A stretch of 64,000 nucleotides of DNA from a plasmid: sequence record NZ_OX291475.1; one strand, written 5' to 3'. Numbering within the stretch: the first letter of the stretch is position 1; every line of letters starts with the position of its first letter. Positions 8,767-18,325 of this stretch are shown piece by piece. Made by a program: the position numbers and the translations under genes. The notes below the pieces were generated by a model. That model saw nothing but the letters and a program-made list of their open reading frames with translations, searched no databases and was not told the origin of the DNA.

Positions 8767-9459
8767 TCAGAGGCTGTCACGCCAGAAATCGGCGCTAAAA
8801 TTATTCAGCCTACCTGTCGTTGTCTGATACGAGTCAGGGATCAATGCACCGTCTCTCCCTTCTCTAAAATATTGCTGCACTGATTGGAGCCCTAGCGATT
8901 TTAGATGCTCCCACTCATGAGATAACTCACTTTGCCTATTTTGCTCTTGTTTAGCCGCACTGAGTTTGCGGGCCGGATGTGGGGATGAATAGTCCGGCCG
9001 CAAGTCAGCATTGTGTAGAAAAGTGATGCAGCTGTATGACCAGTCATCCTCTACAGACTGGCGCCAGTGGTAGCAAACCCTAACCGTCAAACGTTCACTA
9101 AAATGAAGTGGCCATAGAATTTGCTCGTCGATGCCAAAGAGCAGTGCGTCGACTTCTTCCACATCTACCCTCGATTTCATCTGACTTACTGCAAAGGATA
9201 AATTATCGCCAGCTTTACGGGCTGAGTACCCCGTTTCTTCGCGCTTTTTCGCGGATTTAGCCCTGCCATGTGCAGAGACAGCATTTTCAAAGTTTGATAA
9301 TTCTCGGGCCACATACGAACCGCACCTGTAAAGCTGGAGGGTTTGAAGAGGGTAAGTCCTTTCCTCTCTCAGGCTTTGCCTTATTAGCTGATCCAGCAGT
9401 TCAATATCTATCGCTTTAAGGGCATTTTTCACGTCTCGTGGAGTATTTATCTCACTCAT
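8767..9459 (-). CDS. Hypothetical protein (downstream gene of recombinase operon)
   Basis: ORF 8767..9492 trimmed to MSEINTPRD at 9459. Confidence 0.45.
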   Translation of the reverse strand: MSEINTPRDVKNALKAIDIELLDQLIRQSLREERTYPLQTLQLYRCGSYVARELSNFENAVSAHGRAKSAKKREETGYSARKAGDNLSFAVSQMKSRVDVEEVDALLFGIDEQILWPLHFSERLTVRVCYHWRQSVEDDWSYSCITFLHNADLRPDYSSPHPARKLSAAKQEQNRQSELSHEWEHLKSLGLQSVQQYFREGRDGALIPDSYQTTTGRLNNFSADFWRDSL

Positions 9460-9531
9460 CAAATTAATTCCCTTCTTGCTAAGAAGAACCATTGGAGAAC
9501 CTACTCCGCTGGTTTTTAGTTAGTGATGCAA

Positions 9532-10308
9532 TCATGTTCCTTTCAGCATGGCAATGGCGTCAAGTTCCGGCATCGAGAACTGCACCCGATGCCGCGCCGC
9601 CACATCCAGCGCAAACACCTTCGTATAGACCTCCGTGGAGCTGATCGACTTGTGTCCCATCAGCGACTGCAGCACCTTGAGTGGAATTCCGGCATACAGC
9701 ATGTGCATCGCGTAGCTGTGGCGGAAGGTGTGCGGGGTGATAGGCACCGAGAACGTCACACCATCCTGCGCTGCCGCGTCCACGGCCTCGGCCAGCCAGC
9801 TGCGCACCGTTCTGTCAGTGATTGTCCACAGGCGTACTTTCTCCATGCGACCGGTTTTGGGGTCCCGGCGTTCCAGCGGAATTTTCAGCGTGGCCACCAT
9901 GGTCTGCAGCTGTGCAACGTATAACGGATCAGACAGCGGCACCAGGCGGTGTGCCGAGCTGCCGGCCGGGAGCCGGCCTGCGGTTCGCGCGGTTTTCTCT
10001 GCCCGCTGCTTGAGCGTGGCCAACTGCGCGAACGGGTAGGGCGATGCCAGCGAAAAATCCCCCCTTGTCAGCGCCAGCGCTTCGTTAATCCGGGCGCCGG
10101 TATTCCATAGCGTAGCCAGCAACATCTTGCGGTGCAGATCCGGCACATAGTGGAACAGGGCGCTCACCTCCGGAGCCAGCAGGTATTTCGGCAGTTCGTC
10201 CTGTACCAGTGCCATCTGGCGCAGCGCCAGCGCAGCCGGGTAGTCGATGGACACCGGCAGCTGAGCTGCAGTTCCTGGCTGCTGCCCCAGGGTAACGAGC
10301 CCAGCCAT
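9532..10308 (-). CDS. Tyrosine site-specific recombinase (XerC/D-FimB-like, short form)
   Basis: C-terminal catalytic motifs HTFRHSYAMHML ... LMGHKSISSTEVYTKV (R-H-R-Y family). 258 aa. Confidence 0.85.
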   Translation of the reverse strand: MAGLVTLGQQPGTAAQLPVSIDYPAALALRQMALVQDELPKYLLAPEVSALFHYVPDLHRKMLLATLWNTGARINEALALTRGDFSLASPYPFAQLATLKQRAEKTARTAGRLPAGSSAHRLVPLSDPLYVAQLQTMVATLKIPLERRDPKTGRMEKVRLWTITDRTVRSWLAEAVDAAAQDGVTFSVPITPHTFRHSYAMHMLYAGIPLKVLQSLMGHKSISSTEVYTKVFALDVAARHRVQFSMPELDAIAMLKGT

Positions 10309-11126
10309 CAGGATGCCTCTCCGGCTGGAGGTATGTTCAGTGCTGACGCTATAATTTCCCGGTTTTCCTCATTACGCAAGTTACCGAAATAGCCCACTTC
10401 CAGGCGCAGGGACTGGTGTGCCGCCTCTATAAGGTCAGAGACGCTCTGCAGGGCATTCTGTAGCTGCTGCGCGGATATCGCTCTTGGCACATCATGTTCA
10501 TCCACGCCGTTACGGTGTACCAGGTCGTTTCGCCAGTCTGCGATCATGCTCAGCGGCTCAACCGGCCAGATGGGGGGGATGTGCAGCACGGCGCCGAAAT
10601 AGCGCTCAATGGTTTCAACGTTATGAAACGTCATTCGGGAAACAAAATTCTGCGCCGCAGGCCGGAACAGGGACAGATCCATGTCACGGGCAGCATGTTT
10701 TTCCGGATTTTTGATTCGTTTGGACTTCATGTAATACGCATCCCTGAAGCGTTTAAGGGGCCAGTCATGTTCTAGCAGGGCCCTGGCGCAGTACATCAGG
10801 TACGCCTCCATGACAGTCACGGCATGGACGAAAGACATCCTGTACACCAGTTCAGGCTGCTCTTTATCGAGCAGGGCATATAACTTCTTCAGCTCCTGAT
10901 TTGCGTGCAGGTAACGCTGATGAACATTGTTCAGGGAAGCCACAAACAGCCCGTGTTCATGATCCCACTGAGCCTGATCGGCAAGCGCCTCCTGCTCCCA
11001 GTAGTACAAGTTCGCGGCATGCTCCCATTCTTCAGAGTCGGGGACAACATCCGGGTAATTTTCCGCAAGCCATTCATCAAATCGTTCAGCTTCAATATCC
11101 AACATCAGGTCTTTCATGCTTCCCAT
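10308..11126 (-). CDS. Hypothetical protein with HEPN-like RNxxxH motif, first gene of recombinase operon
   Basis: WRNDLVHRNG (R-x4-H). Start MGSMKDL at 11126. Stop overlaps the recombinase start. Confidence 0.45.
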   Translation of the reverse strand: MGSMKDLMLDIEAERFDEWLAENYPDVVPDSEEWEHAANLYYWEQEALADQAQWDHEHGLFVASLNNVHQRYLHANQELKKLYALLDKEQPELVYRMSFVHAVTVMEAYLMYCARALLEHDWPLKRFRDAYYMKSKRIKNPEKHAARDMDLSLFRPAAQNFVSRMTFHNVETIERYFGAVLHIPPIWPVEPLSMIADWRNDLVHRNGVDEHDVPRAISAQQLQNALQSVSDLIEAAHQSLRLEVGYFGNLRNEENREIIASALNIPPAGEAS

Positions 11127-11223
11127 AACACCTGTACCTCTCTGTGTGGTTTTATAAATGAGAAATCCCGACGCTGGCGACGGCGCAGGCATCTCGGGGT
11201 GAACGCCGGCACCACTAAACCGC

Positions 11224-11421
11224 TCATGCGTTATTCCTCTCGGCCAGTCGTTGCTCGTTCCGCGACTTTCGCTCTTTGCGCCAGCATTGCCACAGCGTTT
11301 TCTGCGGAGACCAGCGGTATTTGTCGAGGCGGGAAGAGGGTATGCCGGTGATCTGCGGCCACAGGCCGGCGCTGTCTTTGACGATCTTCACGCCCTCAGT
11401 GGCAATAAACCAGTCACCCAT
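11224..11421 (-). CDS. Small hypothetical protein
   Basis: 65-aa ORF. Confidence 0.3.
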   Translation of the reverse strand: MGDWFIATEGVKIVKDSAGLWPQITGIPSSRLDKYRWSPQKTLWQCWRKERKSRNEQRLAERNNA

Positions 11422-11460
11422 GTGTGTTCCTTATTATTAAGTGCAAAATCACGCCCACCG

Positions 11461-11820
11461 TCAGGGTTGTTCAGCCGCAGCGCTGGCGATCGCATCCACT
11501 GCTTGTTTAACCGAAAAGGACAATCCATCCTTATCTTTCGGTGAAAAATGTACCCAGTAGCACAGATACGTACCGTAGTTCTGGTCGGTATGACGAGTTT
11601 CATAATTTACGCTGAATGCGTAAACCCCCCGGTTGCCCAGGCGATGGTCTGTGATTTCGCAGTAACGCAGATAAAGGTCGCGCAATTCATCAAACAACCC
11701 TCCCTCTTTCAGCGGACCCACTGCTTTGACTGCTTCACGCTGATCCATGAAATAGTCCACGGCGGCTTTTTTGGATTTAAATTCCTTCTGCCCAATCTTC
11801 ACAGGTTTTGAACGTCCCAT
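11461..11820 (-). CDS. Hypothetical protein
   Basis: 119-aa ORF with coding-like composition (MGRSKPVKIGQKEFKSKKAAVDYF..). Confidence 0.45.
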   Translation of the reverse strand: MGRSKPVKIGQKEFKSKKAAVDYFMDQREAVKAVGPLKEGGLFDELRDLYLRYCEITDHRLGNRGVYAFSVNYETRHTDQNYGTYLCYWVHFSPKDKDGLSFSVKQAVDAIASAAAEQP

Positions 11821-12502
11821 CCTGAACCCCTTTTGTTAACAGTGAAATAATCACACCCCGTAATCACCCCATCATCACGCCAGTGATGATGATCGCCCTC
11901 GCAGTTACCCGCCAAAAACATAACCAATATGATAATAAGCAGGAATATAATCACTCAAGTAAATTACAGGATACCCGTCCCGGCATGATCCGATTTTTCT
12001 TCATATAACAACTTTCCGGAAGTCTACCACGCACAGGAAATAAGCAAAGCGGCGTTTTTCGGTGCCGCGCACCGGGTCACAGGGCAGGGCGACAACACAA
12101 CATATAGATGAAAAAGCAGCTGACGATGTGGCACATATTGTGTTTTTCTGCCACTACACGCCGGGCCGGGTGAAGAAGATCCGGGACCACCAGAAATCGG
12201 ATCTGCGTATGAAGAGAATGGAACTACTGCCTCTATGGCAATAAACAACATTTATTATTGCCTTAGTAGCACTGTTGTCATAAATGCAATAATTGAAATA
12301 ATCTATTGCATCATGAGTAACTTCTGAAGCTGTTTGCCGCTCGCTCTCATCCTTAACCTGATTAATGCCGGTCGGGTTCAGATCAAATATTTATTAACCG
12401 GTGATGGAAATAAAATGAAGCCGGAACGGGATCGCCCTACTATGAATAAAATTATACGGCGCCTCCGGGCATTCATCAGCGACTGAATAAAGGTATCAAG
12501 GA

Positions 12503-15124
12503 ATGTATCCCGTATTTGAGAATGGATCCTGCTGGGTCAAGGTGGATTTTCATCTTCATACCCGTGCAGATAAAGAATTTCGCTATGTCGGGGAACCCGA
12601 CAGCTATATTCGTGACTACGTCAGTGCCCTGAAAGCGGCTGATGTGGGAGTAGGCGTGATCACCAATCATAATAAATTCGATCCCGGAGAGTTTAAGGCA
12701 TTACGCAAAGCCGCGCGCCGTGAAGGCACTGAGCTGCTTCCCGGCGTGGAACTCTCTGTCAATGATGGTCAGGCCGGCGTGCACACGCTTGTGGTGTTTG
12801 CCGATGACTGGTTCATCAACCCGCAGCAGACGAATCATATTGAAAGTTTCCTGACGGCCACGTTTGCGGGCGTTGATAATTTTGAGAACGAAAATGCCCG
12901 TTCAATAGAAAATATCACTCAGACCATCCAGCGCCTTGACCGGTATGAACGGGATTACTTCATTGTGTTTGCCCACGTTGAAGCCCCTAACGGGTTATGG
13001 CGCGGGTTCAGCCCTGGCCGGATCGGGGAGCTTTTTGATAATGAGCTTGTCCGCCGGCGCGTGATGGGGTTTCAGAAGGTGATGACCCACGACCTGCGGG
13101 TTAAAATTCACGGCGTTCTTGGTAGGCGCTATCCTGCAGAAGTCCAGGGATGCGATGCCAAAACGCTGGATGACATCGGTGCCAGAAAAGTCGCCAGCTA
13201 TCTGAAGCTGGGTGATTACAGTTTTGACGCTGTCCGATTTGCGCTGCAGGATTTCCCGCACCGCGTCAGCGGGGAAAAACCGGCCCTTATCCACAGCCAT
13301 ATCCGTCAGATAGCATTCGAGGGAGCCGGTTCGCTCGGCGGAACCGTGGTGAAATTATCTCCGGAGCTGAACACCCTGATTGGGATCCGCGGCAGCGGAA
13401 AATCCTCCATACTTGAAGGGATCCGCTATGCCCTGGACATTCCGTTTGGCGAGAAGGCATCTGACCGCGACTACAAAGAAAATCTGATCAGTAATTTACT
13501 CAAAAGCGGGGGGAAAATTACCGTCGACGCCGTGTGCCGTCTCGGGCGGGCATATCAGATAACCCGAATTTTCGGCCAGGAACCGCAGGTCATTTTTGAC
13601 GGCCAGGCCAGGCACGGGGTCGCGCTCCGGGAAACGGTTCTGCACAAGCCAGTGTATTTTGGCCAGAAAGATCTGTCCAATACCGGCGCAGGGTTTGAAC
13701 ACGATCTGATTGAAAAGCTGGTCGGTGAGCGACTGGTTCCCGTGCGAGAAAAAATCCGGCAGCAGAATACAGTCGTGCTCGACAGGTTACGCCTGCTTCG
13801 TCGCCTGAAAAAATCGGGAGAAGCACTCTCAGAATGGCAGGCAAAAAAGGCGGATGCGCAGTTCCGCCTGCGCTTTTATGCCCAGCATGGCATGGAAGAA
13901 AAACTGGAGCGGCAGACCACCTTCGGACGGGACGAGCGCTATCTCAGCAATACCTCTGCCCAGGCAACCCAAGCGCTGGACAGTCTGCAGGACGGTATCA
14001 GGGAGACACTCGACGAGTTGAAGCAGGAGCAGAAACATGAATCAGCGCATAACCAGGCCGAGATCGATGACTATTGTGAGGGATATGATCGCTTCACGAC
14101 CCATCTCAACTCCCTGAACACCATCGTCGACGGCGCCCGCCAGCTCCTCACAGAACTCGATACTAAGCAGCAGGCCTTCCAGCAGAAAAAGCAGGCGCTG
14201 ACGGAGGAATTTGCCGAAATAGAGCGAGGCCTTGCAGAAGAGTTGCGGCGGGCCGGGGTGGAAAAAGCCGATCCGGCCGACTTTCTGAAACTAAAGGCTG
14301 GGCTGGAAACTGCGGAAGAGAAAATAGATGAGTTAACCCGGGCTGAAACCAGTCAAGCGTTACAGGAGAAGAGCCTCACAGAAGCGCTGAGCCGGTTGGC
14401 TGAACTCTGGGGGGAAGAGTATCACGAAATTGAAGCCGTGCTGGCCACCATCAACCAGGCAGATTCGCCCTTGAAGATCGTGCCGGCCTTTGCAAGCGAC
14501 AAAAAAGCCATGCAATCTTTTCTGAAAGAAACGTTTATTGGCAGCCGGTTGCGGGAAAGTACCTACCAGACCGTAGCTGACGGCTTCAGCGATTTTGGCG
14601 AACTCTGGCTGAACAGGGATAAACTCCAGGGGATTATCAACGGCTCTGCTGAGACGTTCGGTGTGTATCTGGAACAGCAGATAGAATCGCTAATCGTCTG
14701 GCAGATCCCGAATACCTACACCATTGAATTCCGCGGAAAACCACTGGAACAACACTCGCTGGGTCAGCGCGCCTCCGCATTAATGCTGTTTGTCCTGAAT
14801 CAGCAGGATAATGATGTGGTGATCATCGATCAGCCCGAAGACGACCTGGACAATCAGACGATTTATGACGACGTGATTAAAATCATCAGGACGATGAAAC
14901 CCCGCACCCAATTTATCTTTGCCACTCACAATGCCAACATTCCGGTTCTGGGTGACGCAGAGAATGTCTGTGCCTGTGAATATTCAGACGGAAAGATCCA
15001 GGCTGCCGGTGGAGGCGTGGATGCACCTCATGTACAACAGCACATTATTTCGGTGATGGAGGGCGGGCGAGAAGCCTTTGAGCGGCGCAGGGAAGTTTAC
15101 GGCTCATGGCTCAGTAAAACCTGA
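12503..15124 (+). CDS. PHP-domain phosphoesterase fused to SMC-like ABC ATPase (Ppl-like anti-phage architecture)
   Basis: N-terminal DFHLHTRAD...ITNHN...HTLVVFADD (PHP metal-binding His/Asp). Walker A GIRGSGKSS. Long coiled-coil. C-terminal LSxGQR signature, Walker B VIIDQPEDDLD and H-loop ATHN. 873 aa. Confidence 0.8.
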   Translation: MYPVFENGSCWVKVDFHLHTRADKEFRYVGEPDSYIRDYVSALKAADVGVGVITNHNKFDPGEFKALRKAARREGTELLPGVELSVNDGQAGVHTLVVFADDWFINPQQTNHIESFLTATFAGVDNFENENARSIENITQTIQRLDRYERDYFIVFAHVEAPNGLWRGFSPGRIGELFDNELVRRRVMGFQKVMTHDLRVKIHGVLGRRYPAEVQGCDAKTLDDIGARKVASYLKLGDYSFDAVRFALQDFPHRVSGEKPALIHSHIRQIAFEGAGSLGGTVVKLSPELNTLIGIRGSGKSSILEGIRYALDIPFGEKASDRDYKENLISNLLKSGGKITVDAVCRLGRAYQITRIFGQEPQVIFDGQARHGVALRETVLHKPVYFGQKDLSNTGAGFEHDLIEKLVGERLVPVREKIRQQNTVVLDRLRLLRRLKKSGEALSEWQAKKADAQFRLRFYAQHGMEEKLERQTTFGRDERYLSNTSAQATQALDSLQDGIRETLDELKQEQKHESAHNQAEIDDYCEGYDRFTTHLNSLNTIVDGARQLLTELDTKQQAFQQKKQALTEEFAEIERGLAEELRRAGVEKADPADFLKLKAGLETAEEKIDELTRAETSQALQEKSLTEALSRLAELWGEEYHEIEAVLATINQADSPLKIVPAFASDKKAMQSFLKETFIGSRLRESTYQTVADGFSDFGELWLNRDKLQGIINGSAETFGVYLEQQIESLIVWQIPNTYTIEFRGKPLEQHSLGQRASALMLFVLNQQDNDVVIIDQPEDDLDNQTIYDDVIKIIRTMKPRTQFIFATHNANIPVLGDAENVCACEYSDGKIQAAGGGVDAPHVQQHIISVMEGGREAFERRREVYGSWLSKT

Positions 15125-15299
15125 TGCCATCAGGTTCACTGAGCATCCAGAAAAAGCCGCAAATGCGGCTTTTTCTGTTTCCGATTATTGGGGTTTTACC
15201 GAATCTCATGGTGGTATGTGTGATCCACCGTGGACGCACTCTACAGATATCATTATATTAGTCAGTAAAAATAGACAAACCGCAAGGGATGGGATTTAC

Positions 15300-15614
15300 A
15301 TGACACAGCTTGAATATAATGAGTTACTCGCCTTATACCGCGCCCGTCTGGATATTGCCTCACAAAGAGGTACCTACGCCTCGATGCTGCAAAGTATCCT
15401 TCGAGACATCAGTAATAAGGTCAAACGTGGCGAACTGACAAAAGAGCAAGGTCTCTCGCTGGCGAAAATACTGTTCAATATTTCCGTAGAACAGTACCAC
15501 ATTGATGGTGTTGAGTCTCTCAATGAGGAAATCAGAAAGGGGTCTCTTGATATTTCTTACGATGCCGCTGACGCTATGGCTGAAAAAATAGCCGCCATGA
15601 AGGCAAATAGATAA
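15300..15614 (+). CDS. Small helical hypothetical protein downstream of the PHP-ATPase
   Basis: ORF 15078..15614 trimmed to MTQLEYNELL at 15300 (the upstream part overlaps the ATPase gene). Stop overlaps the next ATG. Confidence 0.45.
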   Translation: MTQLEYNELLALYRARLDIASQRGTYASMLQSILRDISNKVKRGELTKEQGLSLAKILFNISVEQYHIDGVESLNEEIRKGSLDISYDAADAMAEKIAAMKANR

Positions 15615-16141
15615 TGGCCGATCTCACAACTATCGAATCAGCAGCATCCGCAGTCTGGTCAACACGTGATTATCTTTATACTGCAGGCGTTTTTGTGGCC
15701 GTCATTTCAGCGTGGATTGCAGGTTATAGCGCATATAAAACTGGGAGGCGTGACCTGAATTCATTAGGGGATTCGGAAATCAAGACGTTTGAAATGATTG
15801 CAAAAGCTGAAAAGGATTTTGCTGAGTTCAATGCACGTCTTACAGATAAAATTGATTTATTTGATGCTGATCCTGCGAACAAAGGTAAAGAGTATCCCCT
15901 CACTGGTGCGGAAACAGGACTGAGTGATTTCTACACACAAAGCGTGTTGAATGCCTATGAAATTGCCTGCCAACGTTACTTGGACAAAAAACTCGATGGC
16001 GAGAGATTTAAAAAAACATATCGAACGAGGCTTAATAAGATTTGTTCCTCACGAGCATATAACCCCATAATTGATGATGGGAGCCATAACTACGCAGCAT
16101 TGAAAAAAGTAAACGACATCTTTAACAATCCTGAAAAGTAA
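15614..16141 (+). CDS. Membrane-anchored hypothetical protein
   Basis: N-terminal hydrophobic helix (LYTAGVFVAVISAWIAGYSAY). 175 aa. Translationally coupled (TAATGG). Confidence 0.5.
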   Translation: MADLTTIESAASAVWSTRDYLYTAGVFVAVISAWIAGYSAYKTGRRDLNSLGDSEIKTFEMIAKAEKDFAEFNARLTDKIDLFDADPANKGKEYPLTGAETGLSDFYTQSVLNAYEIACQRYLDKKLDGERFKKTYRTRLNKICSSRAYNPIIDDGSHNYAALKKVNDIFNNPEK

Positions 16142-16147
16142 ATTTAA

Positions 16148-16186
16148 AGAGCCTGCCAAACACGCAGGCTCTTTAAAAAAAGACAT
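16148..16186. terminator. Bidirectional terminator between convergent genes
   Basis: AAAGAGCCTGCCAAACACGCAGGCTCTTTAAAAAAAG hairpin. Confidence 0.65.
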
Positions 16187-16442
16187 CAATACTTTTTTGC
16201 CACATTCCGTAAGGAGTGACAACGTCGTTAAATAGCCTTTCATGAATAAAATCGGTGATAAGTAAGAGAATATCGGACAGAACGCTAAAGAATCAACAGG
16301 AAAGGGAAAGTGTAAGGCGGTCAGTAACGCCCATTTACAGCTGTTAGCCCCATATACAGGCGTGGACGGTTGATAACCAAGAGATAAAATCGGTACAAAG
16401 TGGTCTACATGGAGTAAACCACTTCAAGAGGGGTTCCTAAGG

Positions 16443-17117
16443 CTAAAGAAAGATAAATCCCTTCGTAGTAAGCAATGGCCGGGTTCCTAAAGGTACCGTG
16501 AGGTTATATTTTCCAATATTATTTTCCTCATCGTAAGTATCGCCTAATCCTAAAATAACTTCCCTGTTACATAACTCAGGAATATCACGACAAAGACTGG
16601 CGATAATATTGGTTAAATTATAAATAGATGTATATAAATCAAATCCTCCTGAATATAATTCACCCTTATGCAGGATTTGAGGATCATTCGCGAACCCGTC
16701 TAAATTATCAAAAACAAAACTCAAGTCTTGGCAATATGTAATCAGTGAATTTTTTTCTTCTAACTTCCAGGGTTGTGATTTTCCAGACATAAAAGCACGC
16801 AAAGCCTTCGCAACTATATGGATAGGGATAATTATCATTTCATTATGACTAAGTAACATATTTTCATGATTAAAGACAACACGGATCTCATCAATATCAC
16901 CTTGGTGATGATAATAGTTTCTTAAATGCTTGAGGATTTTGAACTCAGGATAACTCATTAAGTCAGTATCAAAATCTTGCTTCAACCTGTCATTTAAAGA
17001 ATGCAAACTATTTAAAAACGTATAAAGTGTTCTACCATTTCTTTTATGGGCACAAGTCACATCCATTAGCTCGAAGCTGCTTTCAAAAAATCTGTCAATG
17101 TACTTTAAATTATCCAT
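16443..17117 (-). CDS. AT-rich hypothetical protein with HEPN-like LRNYYHH motif (Abi-like)
   Basis: 224 aa, ~33% GC. Contains ILKHLRNYYHHQGD (R-x4-H). Confidence 0.5.
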   Translation of the reverse strand: MDNLKYIDRFFESSFELMDVTCAHKRNGRTLYTFLNSLHSLNDRLKQDFDTDLMSYPEFKILKHLRNYYHHQGDIDEIRVVFNHENMLLSHNEMIIIPIHIVAKALRAFMSGKSQPWKLEEKNSLITYCQDLSFVFDNLDGFANDPQILHKGELYSGGFDLYTSIYNLTNIIASLCRDIPELCNREVILGLGDTYDEENNIGKYNLTVPLGTRPLLTTKGFIFL

Positions 17118-17464
17118 CTTCTCTCTCTGCTCTGGTTCGGACAGTTAACCGTCTACGTATCGCTTTCAGGCCATTGATGTTGCATCGGGTCACCTCACAT
17201 TATCAGGGGCTGATAATATCTACTTATTGATATTTTGCAGCCATAGCAAGAGGATTACCAGGCTAATCGGTAAAAGAGGTGATTACCTAATCAAGATACG
17301 AAACTTCTAACAAAATTCACAGAACCGCTCGGCGAGGTATGGAACACGCCGGGCGTCCAGGTTCATACGCGATTCGAAACATGCGCTGTGAAGGGAAACT
17401 GGCCGCTCCCCGAGAGGGATATAGCTGACCGATGCTTCCGATGAAAAGGTAGGTCACCGAGGGT

Positions 17465-18202
17465 TCATTGTAAGGGGCGGTGTTTATTCTTATGATATTC
17501 CTGCACGGTGGAATTTATCGCTTCCACATATCGCGAGATTTCATCCACAGCGAAATTCAGGAAATTATTCTTGAGCAGGACTGTATTGAAGCAAGTGACC
17601 GAAATTGCCTCGCTTGCCTTGCTAATAGCGCGCAACTGTCTTTTCTCGCTGTCTTTTTTTGCACGTGTCATTTTCAGCAGCTGATGATACTCGTGAGCAA
17701 CACCGTCGGCATGTGCCATTATATTCCTGATGATAGTCAGGTGATCAACATCGGCAATATCCTTCTTTCCGTAGATGGTGGTCAGCATGTCGTGGGTTTT
17801 TTCAATCATTCCCCCCTTGAGTATTTCCGTATGCCCAGAAAGGCGAATCATCAATTCCAGGCAATTACTCATACGTTGCTCGAACAGGCCAAATATTGTC
17901 AAAAATGCAGAGCGCCGTGTCAGTTGGGTAATTAAATTAACGTACTGTAATTTGACTTCCTCGACATCGTTACCTACACACGACCCGCAGGAGTAATAGG
18001 TATACCATACCTGTCTGTAAGATCCATCCTCATTCTCCAGGTAGTCCTCAATTATATCTTCCGTGATAAAATCAGGCTCATCCACTGCTTTAACTTCGCG
18101 AATGATATTAGCTTCAGCCTGTTGAGCAAGCATCTTCATGACAGAAATTGACGAAGACGCTTCCCATAAAGGAACACTAAACAGACACTCTAGTTTTGCC
18201 AC
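17465..18202 (-). CDS. Hypothetical protein with HEPN-like IIRNIMAHADG motif
   Basis: 245 aa. RNIMAH matches Rx4H. Confidence 0.5.
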   Translation of the reverse strand: MAKLECLFSVPLWEASSSISVMKMLAQQAEANIIREVKAVDEPDFITEDIIEDYLENEDGSYRQVWYTYYSCGSCVGNDVEEVKLQYVNLITQLTRRSAFLTIFGLFEQRMSNCLELMIRLSGHTEILKGGMIEKTHDMLTTIYGKKDIADVDHLTIIRNIMAHADGVAHEYHQLLKMTRAKKDSEKRQLRAISKASEAISVTCFNTVLLKNNFLNFAVDEISRYVEAINSTVQEYHKNKHRPLQ

Positions 18203-18325
18203 GACATCATCCTAATTTTCAAAAATTAAACTGCTCAACAGTATGACGGCTTGTGCTTGTTTCATCCTGCTCTGGATGGGCGTCTTTACCCTCACTGCCC
18301 ATTCAGAGCAAAAGCTGATTTACTA

